IMG/VR virus record: IMGVR_UViG_3300037608_000054
Coordinates: 1 to 43,715 of that record
DNA from: a virus
Taxonomy: Duplodnaviria > Caudoviricetes
DNA: 43,715 nt
Direction: 5' to 3' (one strand)
Both the position numbers and the translations under genes were made by a program. Positions within the stretch are counted from its first letter, which is position 1. Each line of letters starts with the position of its first letter. The notes under the pieces were generated by a model. The model saw only the letters and a list, made by a program, of their open reading frames with translations, was not told where the DNA came from and did no database searches. Below are positions 32,698-41,727 of the stretch, piece after piece.

Positions 32698-33298
32698 GCC
32701 CACAACTGAGCAGAGAAACGAAATCCCCATATCCTGGAAGGAGGCTTCGGTTGAAGCCCATGCCGCCTATGTGAAGCAGGTCGAAGAAAAACTGAAGGGC
32801 AAAACTTTCGGCTACCTTACGTTTAGGGGATATGGCGGCGATAAATATGTCAATAGAGCAGAAAAATGGCTTTTTGATTGTACCTGCGGAAGAAAAGATG
32901 TCCCCAGGAACCTGAGCTATGTCCTGACCGGCAGGACCAAGAGTTGTGGTTGTCGGTACAAAAAAAATCTCGGTGCCCACAAAAAAGATTTGACTGGACA
33001 AAAATTCGGTAAGTTGACAGCCATAAGCAGAATCGAAACAAAACCTGTAAAGTGGCAATGTACATGCGAGTGCGGGAGCCGAAAGGAAATTGTGCAATAT
33101 ATGTTGACCAACGGCACGACTACCCATTGCGGATGCGAAAGCCAGTACCAGGACAAGAAACGAGTTTTGGTCAAAATCGGGGTCGCGGAGATGTCCTTGA
33201 CAGATTGGGCGAACATCATCGGCCTTTCCCGCCAAAGGGCGCATCAGCTCTACAAGAAAGGCTTGCTCCAAGGGAGGGTCGAATCCGTAACCAGTTGA
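32681..33298 (+). CDS. Protein with two Cys-rich 'G.FG.LT...W.C.CG...SCGC' repeats and a C-terminal HTH
   Basis: GKTFGYLT..CTCG..KSCGC, GQKFGKLT..CTCECG..HCGC, SLTDWANIIGLSRQRAHQ; start placed at the TATG at 32681. Confidence 0.7.
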   Translation: MNNLVKPTTEQRNEIPISWKEASVEAHAAYVKQVEEKLKGKTFGYLTFRGYGGDKYVNRAEKWLFDCTCGRKDVPRNLSYVLTGRTKSCGCRYKKNLGAHKKDLTGQKFGKLTAISRIETKPVKWQCTCECGSRKEIVQYMLTNGTTTHCGCESQYQDKKRVLVKIGVAEMSLTDWANIIGLSRQRAHQLYKKGLLQGRVESVTS

Positions 33299-33302
33299 TT
33301 AT

Positions 33303-33479
33303 ATGACCAAGCTACCCACAAGACACAAGAAAATCCTTGAACCCGTGTTCAACAATAAGTCAGCCGCCGACTCAGCCGAATATATGCTCCGGCAGAAGGG
33401 CTGGGACACCAAACAAATCATCAAGTTCGATAAGGATGGCAAGACCATGTACGTCATCCTTGCGGAGAAGTCTGAATAA
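33303..33479 (+). CDS. Hypothetical protein, 58 aa
   Basis: MTKLPTRHKKILEPVF...; TATG start; fills the operon gap. Confidence 0.55.
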   Translation: MTKLPTRHKKILEPVFNNKSAADSAEYMLRQKGWDTKQIIKFDKDGKTMYVILAEKSE

Positions 33480-33500
33480 ATCCCTAACCGAACCAACCAT

Positions 33501-33923
33501 ATGTTGCTCATCGAGGGGCTACCTGATGTCGGTGTCATAATCCGCGACATGCTGGAGAAGGAATATGCGTTCCAGATATCTTATCCCGGATACGTTGTCA
33601 AAATCGCCTTCCATAAGGGGACGTGGCTTGTCTGGAAAACCGGGGGTGGTTATTTCGAGCTTTGCGATTCAGGCGTATCGGAGGCTGACGACCCTGTGCT
33701 GAAAGCCCTGTTGGGGCAGATATGCCGCGCCGAAATAGGGGAGGTTACGGAGTCGAGCATGGACTTCTCCCGCCAGCTCCCGGCGAAGGTAATCCAAGAG
33801 GCTTTGAAATCCTGGGCGGGTAAGATGGAAGAGATAAAGGGGATACAGGTTCTCCAGCCGGGGAGGGACGCTTCCATCGACAAGAAGACAGGGAAATTTG
33901 AATTGTCGAACAACATTTTCTAG
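33501..33923 (+). CDS. Hypothetical protein
   Basis: 140-aa ORF, TATG start. Confidence 0.6.
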   Translation: MLLIEGLPDVGVIIRDMLEKEYAFQISYPGYVVKIAFHKGTWLVWKTGGGYFELCDSGVSEADDPVLKALLGQICRAEIGEVTESSMDFSRQLPAKVIQEALKSWAGKMEEIKGIQVLQPGRDASIDKKTGKFELSNNIF

Positions 33924-33939
33924 CCACCCGAAAACCACT

Positions 33940-34185
33940 ATGCAAAACATGCCTTGCAAGTATTGCGGCGAGAACCGCATGAGGACTTTCGTCGGCTTCT
34001 TCAACCAGGAGGTAATCACCAGGGCGAACCAAGCCGACCTGAACCTGCCTAAGTACGGATTCCATCTAGGGGTGGATTGCGCGGCTTGCGGCAAGTGGCA
34101 GAAATGGGTCACGCAGACGGACGAAGCCATGTTAGGGGTCAAGTTCTACTTACCTGAAACACCTAACGGGGTCTTGCCCCTCTGA
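33940..34185 (+). CDS. Zn-finger protein upstream of primase
   Basis: CKYC...HLGVDCAACGKWQKWV. Confidence 0.6.
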   Translation: MQNMPCKYCGENRMRTFVGFFNQEVITRANQADLNLPKYGFHLGVDCAACGKWQKWVTQTDEAMLGVKFYLPETPNGVLPL

Positions 34186-34190
34186 CCGAT

Positions 34191-36272
34191 ATGGAGGACA
34201 TGCTGAAACACGCCCTGTACTACTTATCGCAGGGTTTTTCGGTCATCCCGATTGATTTCGATGGCCGGGTCAAGGGACTGACCATGAAGAAAAGTCCGCT
34301 TTTGTTCAGCACAGACAAATATCTGGAAACGCCACCGACCATCGAGGAGGTCACGGAGTGGTGGGGCAGGTGGCCTTGGGCGGCAATCGGGATACCTTGC
34401 GGCAAGGTGTCCGGCCTGACCGTAATCGACAGCGAGAAGGACGCTGACCTGACCCTCTTCGGCTTGGAGGGAATCGAGACCCCGACGGCCAAATCCGGCG
34501 GCGGCGGGAAGCACTACTATTTCGCCTACGACCCGGACATCCAGAACAAGGTGAAGTTCGCCCCGTTCTATGACATCCGATGCGACCGGGGCTATATCAT
34601 CGCCCCACCTTCACCCCACGATTCCGGGAGCCGCTATGAGTGGCTTGAGCCCCTGGGTAGCGTCCCTTTGGCCCCGTTCCCACAGAACGTCAAAGAGGCC
34701 ATCAAAACCTCGTGCCGAGGCTCCAAGGCCGATTTGGAGAGGCTTTTGGGCGAAGGAGTCATAGAGGGCGAAAGGAACGTCTCGGCCACCAAAGTCGCAG
34801 GGTCGCTCCTGGCCAAATATCCGCCCGACCAATGGGAGACGGTCGTCTGGCCTATCCTGGAGATGTGGAATCGCGAGAAGAACAAGCCGCCTGACGACTC
34901 CGAGAAACTGCGCAAGACATACGAATCAATCTGCCGTGCCGAGTTGGCGAAGAGGAACCTCAACGAATCGGCACAGGGGATGTTCCAACTTGTCCCCAGC
35001 ATAACTTCGAACGAACGCGAGCTGAAAATCTCCTTTTCCTTCGACGATTCCACCATCGACTTCCTGTTCAAGGAAATCGAGTACGGCAGGAATCGCGCTT
35101 TGGATACCGATTTGACCGTCAGTTACCGAGTTCCCGGCTTACGCGCCATCGAATACGGTAGCCGCCTGAACGTAAACTCAGGCTCTTCGCGCAGGGACGT
35201 ATCCTCTGAATTGGAAAAATCCTTCGGAAAGAAATACAGCTGGCCCCTGATGTTGGCCATGGCTGTCCCCGAAATCAAGGCTTGGCTCATGGCTAAAGGC
35301 TCAAGCCAAGTAGCCGTAGACATAACCCCGATGAAGAGCACGATGCTCTTTAAGCCATTCTTGGTGGACAAGTCCGCTAACTTAGTGTTCGGGGATGGGG
35401 GTAGCGCGAAATCTTACTTTTGCATCGCCTTGGCCATTTCGTTGGCGACTGATGTCCCCTTCCTTGGTCTGCGCCCTGAGCGGAGATGCAGCGTGCTTTA
35501 CCTGGATTGGGAAGACAGGGGAGAGAAGTTCTCCGACCGGCTTTTTCGCGTCGCTGGCGGGATGGAGGAATCCCCTCGGATGGAGGACATGCGCAAAATC
35601 CATTATAGGCGGGCTTTTGGGCAACCTTTGGGGGATTTGGTCCCCCTACTCAAGCATGAGATACGGGATAAGGGTATCGGTCTGCTCGTCATAGATTCGG
35701 CCGCCTACGCCTGCGCTTCCGAAATAGAGAAAGCCGAAAACGTCATCCGATTCTTCAATGCCCTGGATGAACTCGACACCGCTAGCCTGATTATCGCCCA
35801 TGTCTCCAAAGGCCAAGCCGAGGCGGGGGAGGACGGCAAGGGCCAACGGTACGCCATTGGGTCTATATTCTTCCATAACGGACCACGGAACAGTTGGAAC
35901 GTGGCTAAGCTCAGCGAGGACGGCGTGGACAACCCATTGAAACGGACTTGCCTATTCCATCGGAAATGCAACGACGGGCCACTCCACCAGATGATTCCCC
36001 TGGAGACAGATTTCAGCCAGGAAGGCATGGTCACGATACGCCGTGGGACGGATACCGGGTGGGAGCAGGGCAAGTCTGTCTCAGACCGTATCTTAACCTG
36101 CCTCAAGGAGGCTGGTGGTCCCTTGAACCGAAAAGAGATTTACGAAGAGCTAAGTGACCTCAAACCCAACTCGCTCAAGAGTAGTTTGGGGAGGCTGGTA
36201 AAAGACAAAGAAATAATCCTCAAAGGAGGCCATAAGGGTGACTACTTTTTGGCGAAACAAAAACTGTCCTGA
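34191..36272 (+). CDS. Bifunctional primase-polymerase / PriCT / RecA-type (AAA_25) helicase with C-terminal wHTH
   Basis: GFSVIPI, IGIPCG, VIDSE, SGGGGKHYYF, DIR..GYIIAPPS (PrimPol); GERN (PriCT); GDGGSAKS, VLYLDWED, LLVIDS, LIIAH (helicase). Confidence 0.9.
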   Translation: MEDMLKHALYYLSQGFSVIPIDFDGRVKGLTMKKSPLLFSTDKYLETPPTIEEVTEWWGRWPWAAIGIPCGKVSGLTVIDSEKDADLTLFGLEGIETPTAKSGGGGKHYYFAYDPDIQNKVKFAPFYDIRCDRGYIIAPPSPHDSGSRYEWLEPLGSVPLAPFPQNVKEAIKTSCRGSKADLERLLGEGVIEGERNVSATKVAGSLLAKYPPDQWETVVWPILEMWNREKNKPPDDSEKLRKTYESICRAELAKRNLNESAQGMFQLVPSITSNERELKISFSFDDSTIDFLFKEIEYGRNRALDTDLTVSYRVPGLRAIEYGSRLNVNSGSSRRDVSSELEKSFGKKYSWPLMLAMAVPEIKAWLMAKGSSQVAVDITPMKSTMLFKPFLVDKSANLVFGDGGSAKSYFCIALAISLATDVPFLGLRPERRCSVLYLDWEDRGEKFSDRLFRVAGGMEESPRMEDMRKIHYRRAFGQPLGDLVPLLKHEIRDKGIGLLVIDSAAYACASEIEKAENVIRFFNALDELDTASLIIAHVSKGQAEAGEDGKGQRYAIGSIFFHNGPRNSWNVAKLSEDGVDNPLKRTCLFHRKCNDGPLHQMIPLETDFSQEGMVTIRRGTDTGWEQGKSVSDRILTCLKEAGGPLNRKEIYEELSDLKPNSLKSSLGRLVKDKEIILKGGHKGDYFLAKQKLS

Positions 36273-36277
36273 AACCT

Positions 36278-36485
36278 TGCACCCCAAGCTGCACCCCAAT
36301 TTTAGCTTGGGGTGCAACCATGCACCCCAACTCTTAAAGCTGCACCCCTAACATCATATTCTTATGTCAATAGAGCATTTTTTTCTTGGGGTGCATATTG
36401 GGGTGCGTTTTTTGACCCATAGAGAAATAGGGGAATACGGGTGCAGTATTCCCTTTCTATATTGCACCCCAAAATTGCACCCCAA
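36278..36485. repeat. TGCACCCCAA array in both orientations; candidate replication origin
   Basis: Forward copies at 36278, 36290, 36321, 36341, 36463, 36476; inverted copies at 36307, 36386, 36398; partial copy at 36439-36445 in a hairpin loop. Confidence 0.8.
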
Positions 36486-36846
36486 GAAAAACCAGTCCAT
36501 GGGGGGTACCCCAGCAGGGGTATTCCAAAGGTTTATCCCCAGCTCCAAATGGCATCCGAAAAGAGTCGAGCAAGATGGCCGCGCCGCCGGCCCGCCTGCG
36601 CCCGCGATATTTCCACCCCCGGACCGGAAATCTATTGCTTTTCCGGAAAAGCATATAGTACAAGACTGCGTTTTCCCCCAGACGAAAAACCGGGATAAAG
36701 CGGCCTAGCGAAAAACCGGGGGTCTCCCGGTTCTCGCAAGCCGTCTGGTTAGCCAGATTTTGACCTATACGCGGTTTTACCCAGCCAAACATACTCGTGT
36801 ACCCCGGTCGCGCCGCAGGTCAATTTTGAGCCTCTAGCGCGTTCCG

Positions 36847-37380
36847 TCAGTCTACCCGGTTGCCGTCTTTGTCGAATTTCCATCCGTTAAAACAGTTTTT
36901 CAACTCGTTTTGCGGGTATTCACGGATTTTCCAGCCATAGGCGGTCTCTTTATCGCCGTAGTCTTTCAGGACTTTCAACTGGCCTTCAAAATCCAATTCG
37001 TCGAAGGTGCATGTTTCAATCAACCGTTCCCCTTTTACGTTGAATATCCAGCCTAGCCCACTTAAAGCATCGTCCGCTAAGCACGGGTCTCCAGGGTCAG
37101 CGGTATGCTTTTCGCAATAATCCTGGACTTCGCTATCGGCATAATGCTGGCCGATGGCGTACTCCTGGCTATCCGTCGGCAATTCGTCGAAGGTATAGCT
37201 TATCTTCATGTCTTCAACTAATTCGGACAGGATATGTTTACCATCGTTTTCAAGTAGTGCTTCGCCGTATTTACGGGCTAGGCGTTCCATTTGGTCGTCG
37301 GTCAAGTCTTTGCGCACGCTTTCCGATAGCGGCAAGTCGTCGCGGTGTAGCCTTAGGACGTTAAAGAATTCTTTTGGCAT
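36847..37380 (-). CDS. Early protein with two FDEL...W.F...G.R domains
   Basis: Start at TATG 37380 (MPKEFF); internal duplication. Confidence 0.65.
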   Translation of the reverse strand: MPKEFFNVLRLHRDDLPLSESVRKDLTDDQMERLARKYGEALLENDGKHILSELVEDMKISYTFDELPTDSQEYAIGQHYADSEVQDYCEKHTADPGDPCLADDALSGLGWIFNVKGERLIETCTFDELDFEGQLKVLKDYGDKETAYGWKIREYPQNELKNCFNGWKFDKDGNRVD

Positions 37381-37384
37381 ATGT

Positions 37385-37621
37385 TTAGAGGCCAAGCACT
37401 TTATCCGCGTCGGCCTCGTTCTTAGCCAGGATTTCCTGGCACTCCGGGCATTGATATTCAATGTCCGCATCCTCAAACCTAAACGCGTCTTTATAGTCCA
37501 TCGGGTCGTTATCGTAGTTAGGCCGGACTTTCCCCTTCCCGGCATATTCGCCGTCAATAGGGCTAAGGTAGCAATAGATAAGGCACTCGATTTCCTCTTC
37601 ACATTTTGGGCATTTAGCCAT
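37385..37621 (-). CDS. Early zinc-ribbon protein
   Basis: CPKC...CPEC; acidic. Confidence 0.65.
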   Translation of the reverse strand: MAKCPKCEEEIECLIYCYLSPIDGEYAGKGKVRPNYDNDPMDYKDAFRFEDADIEYQCPECQEILAKNEADADKVLGL

Positions 37622-37650
37622 ATATTTTCAATGTTCAGGCTCTTAATTTG

Positions 37651-37755
37651 AGCCTTGCGCCTTGCCCCTAGCTGTTATCTAGCCGCTAGGGAACGCCGCG
37701 AATGGCGTTGGTATGATATGCCGCGTATTCATGGCATTTCGCAAGGCGTAAGGCT
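37651..37755. other. Four-way-junction (cloverleaf-like) structured element
   Basis: Outer stem 37651-37665/37741-37755; arms 37666-37691, 37692-37709, 37718-37737. Confidence 0.55.
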
Positions 37756-37999
37756 TCTAGGTCTAAGCCTAGCGGAACGTGCCAAGGGTTCAAGATTCCC
37801 TTAGCGCGTCCGGGCTAAGCCATGACGGTCAATGCCGTCCATGGCCACCTCCGAACAATTCCATCCCTAGGGCGAAAACGCCTAGGACGAAAAGCAGGAC
37901 GGCCATATGGGTATTCGTGGACTAGCGGTTAAGGTTCAAGGGTATCCTAGTCCAGCGTCCCGGCACGATAGGTTCATGCCGGGTTCGCCGATTCAGGAT

Positions 38000-38716
38000 T
38001 CACTCAAGAGACAACTCAATCTTGTCTTCCGGCGCGATAGGGACAACTTTGCCGTTTTCGTCTTTGAGGGTATTCCCATCCCATGTTTCCGCTTGCTTGT
38101 CCCCGATAGCGGCATAGACGGTCGGGCAAGGATTAATACCCTCTTGGCATTTGCCATACTTGAATAACTTTGCGTCGGTGTAGCCGCCGCGCACGTCGCA
38201 ACCGTTGTGGATTTGGATAAGTACATAATCGCCATAGCCCAGCGGTTTTTTACCATCTTCGCTAAGCTCGCAACCTTGCAAGATTTGGTCTAAGAAGTTA
38301 TCGCCGTTGTAGGTATTCCAAGTCTGGCCAAAGCCAAAACCTTTTTCGGTCAGCCATTTTTCGGCCTCTTCGCTAAGGCCATATGCCTTGTCGCTAGTCC
38401 AATCGTCCATCGTGGCGAATTTGGTATTGAATTCCTGGCATACAGCATCCAATTCAATCACGCCGCTTGTTAGGTACTTGAATGTGGAAACGGAAAAATC
38501 AATGTCGCTTGAGTCCGGCTCTCCGCTGTTATAGCTTTTGCTTTTCCAGTCGGCATAGTCGAAGTCAAAGGCCACTTCCGGCTCGTTCTCGAAGTCGGCC
38601 AAGGTCTTTTTCTGGTTTTTTTCCCAATGCCGCCCGTAAGCGTCGCCGCTATCGCAAAGCGCACGCCCGGTGGATTCGGTAAGCATCGTGTAGATTGTCT
38701 CTTTCAGGTTAGGCAT
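38000..38716 (-). CDS. Phage early-region hypothetical protein
   Basis: LTESTGRALCDSGDAYGRHW and QIHNGCDVRGGYTD look like a conserved phage family; acidic. Confidence 0.7.
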   Translation of the reverse strand: MPNLKETIYTMLTESTGRALCDSGDAYGRHWEKNQKKTLADFENEPEVAFDFDYADWKSKSYNSGEPDSSDIDFSVSTFKYLTSGVIELDAVCQEFNTKFATMDDWTSDKAYGLSEEAEKWLTEKGFGFGQTWNTYNGDNFLDQILQGCELSEDGKKPLGYGDYVLIQIHNGCDVRGGYTDAKLFKYGKCQEGINPCPTVYAAIGDKQAETWDGNTLKDENGKVVPIAPEDKIELSLE

Positions 38717-38720
38717 ATGT

Positions 38721-38996
38721 TTATTCTAGGTCTTCGTCATGTCTGCCAACGATATCGCTAAAGATAGGCGCGGCGTTCATGCGGAAATGGTCTTTGATGG
38801 ACTGTATAGCCTCTTTAAGGTTTTCATGGTCTTCATGCGATTCCTCTAGCTCGTAGCTAAGCAGGTTGCGCACGGCAAGCTCTAGGGATTCCATCCGACT
38901 AAGAGTTTTCGTCATGGCTTTCAGGTTAAGCCGCGCCAATCCGTAGCGGTTATCCTTGATGGCTTCCTTTTTCCAGTTAGATTTTGTTTTTTTCAT
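38721..38996 (-). CDS. Hypothetical early protein
   Basis: 91-aa coupled ORF. Confidence 0.6.
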   Translation of the reverse strand: MKKTKSNWKKEAIKDNRYGLARLNLKAMTKTLSRMESLELAVRNLLSYELEESHEDHENLKEAIQSIKDHFRMNAAPIFSDIVGRHDEDLE

Positions 38997-39011
38997 ATGT
39001 TTAAGTATTTT

Positions 39012-39203
39012 TTAGGCTATCCTTTCGCCATGCTCAGTAAACCGCCAACCGCCAAAGGCTTGCGCGTACCAAAGCCGTTGCGCCCTAACGTGGTTTGTCC
39101 CGGCATGTGAAAATTGCGGCGGCATAGGCAATTCCAAGTTATAGCGTGCTATGGCCGCATCTTTAGCGTCATTCCTTAATTCGTCGAATGAGTATGTTCG
39201 CAT
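39012..39203 (-). CDS. Early protein with a single FDEL domain
   Basis: MRTYSFDELRNDAKDAAI...GGWRFTEHGERIA. Confidence 0.6.
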   Translation of the reverse strand: MRTYSFDELRNDAKDAAIARYNLELPMPPQFSHAGTNHVRAQRLWYAQAFGGWRFTEHGERIA

Positions 39204-39207
39204 ATGG

Positions 39208-39984
39208 TCAGATGTTTTGGTTCTCGATTTCGTCGGCCTTATCGCGTAGCCGCTTGGCCTCTTGTTTCTTGGCTTCCTCGTATCCGTCCTGCCATTCCCC
39301 GATGGCCTCTTCCAGGATTTCCCTAGCCGATTCCTTGTCTATATTCCCATTGTCGCGGATTTCGTAGTCGGTCAATGAACGCGGCGGACTGATTATGCCT
39401 TTGAGCACGTTGCCGCTGGTGAGGTAATGGGTATGGCTTTCCAGGGCTTCGATTTTGGTGCACTTATCCTTGATGGATTCCCGCAATGCCTTGACCGTCG
39501 GTATGTCGAACACGCCTTCCGCGTTGATGTTATAGACTATCTTCCCTAGGGCTTTATCCACGTCGAAAACTATATCAACTGGTGTGTTCGCATGTTTGTC
39601 GCAATCCTTCCAGCGGATTTCGTAAGAGACGATGCCGCCTTCCGATTCATCTTTGAGCCATTCCAAACAATTCTCGCAAGCATCCCAATGCGCCTTAGTC
39701 GCCGCGTCCATGAACGATTGTTCATCCATGCGGTTCAACGCATCGGAAAGGGCTTTCTTTAATCCAAAAGTCTTTTCGACATAATCTTTTGTCCATTCCG
39801 TAGCCGGATGTTTCTTGTTTAGGTATAGCCCTAGATTGAAAACGATAACGTCGGTTGTTCTGTCCGGCCAATAATCGTAATAAGTATGGGAATACGCATC
39901 GTATCCATCGACAACCCCGGTATCCCAAACCATGCCCCAAGAGGATACGATTTTGCCTAGGTCAAACGTCATTTTGTGTTTCAT
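39208..39984 (-). CDS. Acidic early protein
   Basis: 258-aa D/E-rich ORF, TATG start. Confidence 0.65.
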   Translation of the reverse strand: MKHKMTFDLGKIVSSWGMVWDTGVVDGYDAYSHTYYDYWPDRTTDVIVFNLGLYLNKKHPATEWTKDYVEKTFGLKKALSDALNRMDEQSFMDAATKAHWDACENCLEWLKDESEGGIVSYEIRWKDCDKHANTPVDIVFDVDKALGKIVYNINAEGVFDIPTVKALRESIKDKCTKIEALESHTHYLTSGNVLKGIISPPRSLTDYEIRDNGNIDKESAREILEEAIGEWQDGYEEAKKQEAKRLRDKADEIENQNI

Positions 39985-40149
39985 ATGTTTTTAGCGGGTA
40001 TACCCGCGATATTTCCGGCTATTTCCCTGAAAATCGTTAGGTTTTCGGTAAATGGCCTTAGTATGGTTTATTGATTTGGTTTAGGTGTGTTTTGTCTGTC
40101 TTCCCGACCGCACGGTTTCCGCCCTTTGAAGGGCTGAAAACCGCTTTAT

Positions 40150-40386
40150 TTAGTTTTTGTTTGGGTTGCAATGAGCCAGGAACGAAAGGCCGTTTTTGCC
40201 TTCTGCGTCCAGCCGTGCCGCGATTTTGAGCGCGAGGCGGTCAAGTGCCCTAGCCGATGTCTGGTCGCCGTTCATTGCGTCCAGGTAGATGGCTTTAGCG
40301 TCCTTGATGGCTTCCGCGACGATTGCGAGGCTTGCCAGGTCTAGGCTTGCGCCTTTCCAAGCCGTGCCGTTCTGTATGGTTCGCAT
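40150..40386 (-). CDS. Hypothetical early protein
   Basis: 78-aa Ala-rich helical ORF. Confidence 0.6.
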   Translation of the reverse strand: MRTIQNGTAWKGASLDLASLAIVAEAIKDAKAIYLDAMNGDQTSARALDRLALKIAARLDAEGKNGLSFLAHCNPNKN

Positions 40387-40396
40387 AGGTTTAGGA

Positions 40397-40654
40397 TTAA
40401 ACCGTTTCCGTAACGCGGAACGGCTTGAAAGTATCCGATAGGATTATGTATCCCTCTTTTACTTCCGCCGTGTACAGGCATGTGAAACCTTTGCTTATTA
40501 GCCACTCTTCCGCCATATCCAAAATATGGTTCTTGGAATAGTCGAAGGGGATGGTAACGGCTTGCTTAAACCTTGCGCTAGTTATTCGGACACGGCTTCC
40601 ATTGCTGTTAGTCGCGCCAAAATATCTAACCGTCAAGGCATGTAAGTTTTGCAT
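40397..40654 (-). CDS. Phage early-region hypothetical protein
   Basis: TVRYFGATNSNGSRVRI resembles a motif often seen in phage early genes. Confidence 0.65.
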   Translation of the reverse strand: MQNLHALTVRYFGATNSNGSRVRITSARFKQAVTIPFDYSKNHILDMAEEWLISKGFTCLYTAEVKEGYIILSDTFKPFRVTETV

Positions 40655-40721
40655 AGGCTTTTGAATGTTCAGGGGCTTAATTGCCCGGATGGTAGCCCGT
40701 CAAGGCTACCGTGCCGGATAA

Positions 40722-40985
40722 TCAATCGTTGCCGTTTTCGTATCCCTCTAGGTCGTCTTCGATGCTGTCAGCCGCGCTATCTATCGCGCCCTCGAAATAG
40801 TCTTTTGTTTCTTGGATTATTTCGGCCACGATGTCGCGTGCGCGGTCAATCGAGACGCTTTTTGTCTTTGATTTATAGAACATGTTGTCAATCCGCACCT
40901 CTAAATCCCCGCTGATGTCCGGCTCGCCGCAATTCACGGCTATGGCCTTTAGGTCTTCGATGGTTATCGTCTTGCGTTTAGGCAT
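40722..40985 (-). CDS. Acidic early protein
   Basis: 87 aa with a very acidic C-terminus. Confidence 0.6.
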   Translation of the reverse strand: MPKRKTITIEDLKAIAVNCGEPDISGDLEVRIDNMFYKSKTKSVSIDRARDIVAEIIQETKDYFEGAIDSAADSIEDDLEGYENGND

Positions 40986-41057
40986 ATGTGATGTTCGGCG
41001 TGTTAGTCCACGCTTAGGGCTAAGCCGGATGGTTTAAGAATCCATCCGGCCAAGGGG

Positions 41058-41243
41058 CTAAGCGGCCAACGGTTCGGCTTCTACCAGGCGCAAACACGGT
41101 TTGCTGGCAGGTGCGTCCAGGTCGCAGAGGCGGTGCGCCATGTAGTCCAGCCAGTCGCTGGATGCCATGGCGGCGGATTCGTCGGTCAATTCGTCCGGGT
41201 CGAATTCCAGCATCACGGGCAGGAACAAACTTTCGAGGGTCAT
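41058..41243 (-). CDS. Small acidic early protein
   Basis: 61 aa; first gene after the leftward promoter. Confidence 0.55.
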   Translation of the reverse strand: MTLESLFLPVMLEFDPDELTDESAAMASSDWLDYMAHRLCDLDAPASKPCLRLVEAEPLAA

Positions 41244-41273
41244 AGTTTCGCCTTTCGTTCAAGGTACATGGGT

Positions 41274-41396
41274 AATATATACTAAATCAAAAACTTTGTC
41301 AAGAGGCAGGATAAGGCTCAATAGAGCCATTAAAAAGAGGGCTATAATTTGGCTTAATTATGCCCTCTTGACAAGATTTATGATTTATGGCATACT
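41274..41396. promoter_or_regulatory. Back-to-back sigma70-type early promoters
   Basis: - TTGACA(41302-41297)-17-TATATT; + TTGACA(41368-41373)-17-CATACT with TG extension. Confidence 0.75.
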
Positions 41397-41524
41397 GGCC
41401 TTAACAGTAAAGAAGGCAAAGCCCTAAGCGGTCGGCGGGTCTATGGACTAGCCCTCACGCCAAGGCCGGAAAGGCACTTTAAAAGACGGGTGGGACAAAC
41501 TCACGAAATAACCAACCAAACTAT

Positions 41525-41674
41525 ATGACCAACAACATCAAGACCGTGACCGTTAAACTGACCCAGGAAGAAATCCGTCTGGCCAAGACCGCGCTCGACA
41601 TGCTCCGTGAACATCATGATTGTTCGTTGTGCGGCAAAACTACTAACCTTAAAGGGGCTACGGTCAAGGCATAA
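41525..41674 (+). CDS. Small protein, 49 aa
   Basis: MTNNIKTVTVKLTQEEIRLAKTALDMLREHHDCSLCGKTTNLKGATVKA; aaactatATG start. Confidence 0.55.
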   Translation: MTNNIKTVTVKLTQEEIRLAKTALDMLREHHDCSLCGKTTNLKGATVKA

Positions 41675-41727
41675 CGCCTTGTCCTCTAGCTCTTAGCCCT
41701 AACACTAAAATTGACCCTAACGGGTCT

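Noticed and set aside
36278-36485. CRISPR mini-array
   Set aside because: Repeats are only 10 bp, in mixed orientation and irregularly spaced; no cas genes.
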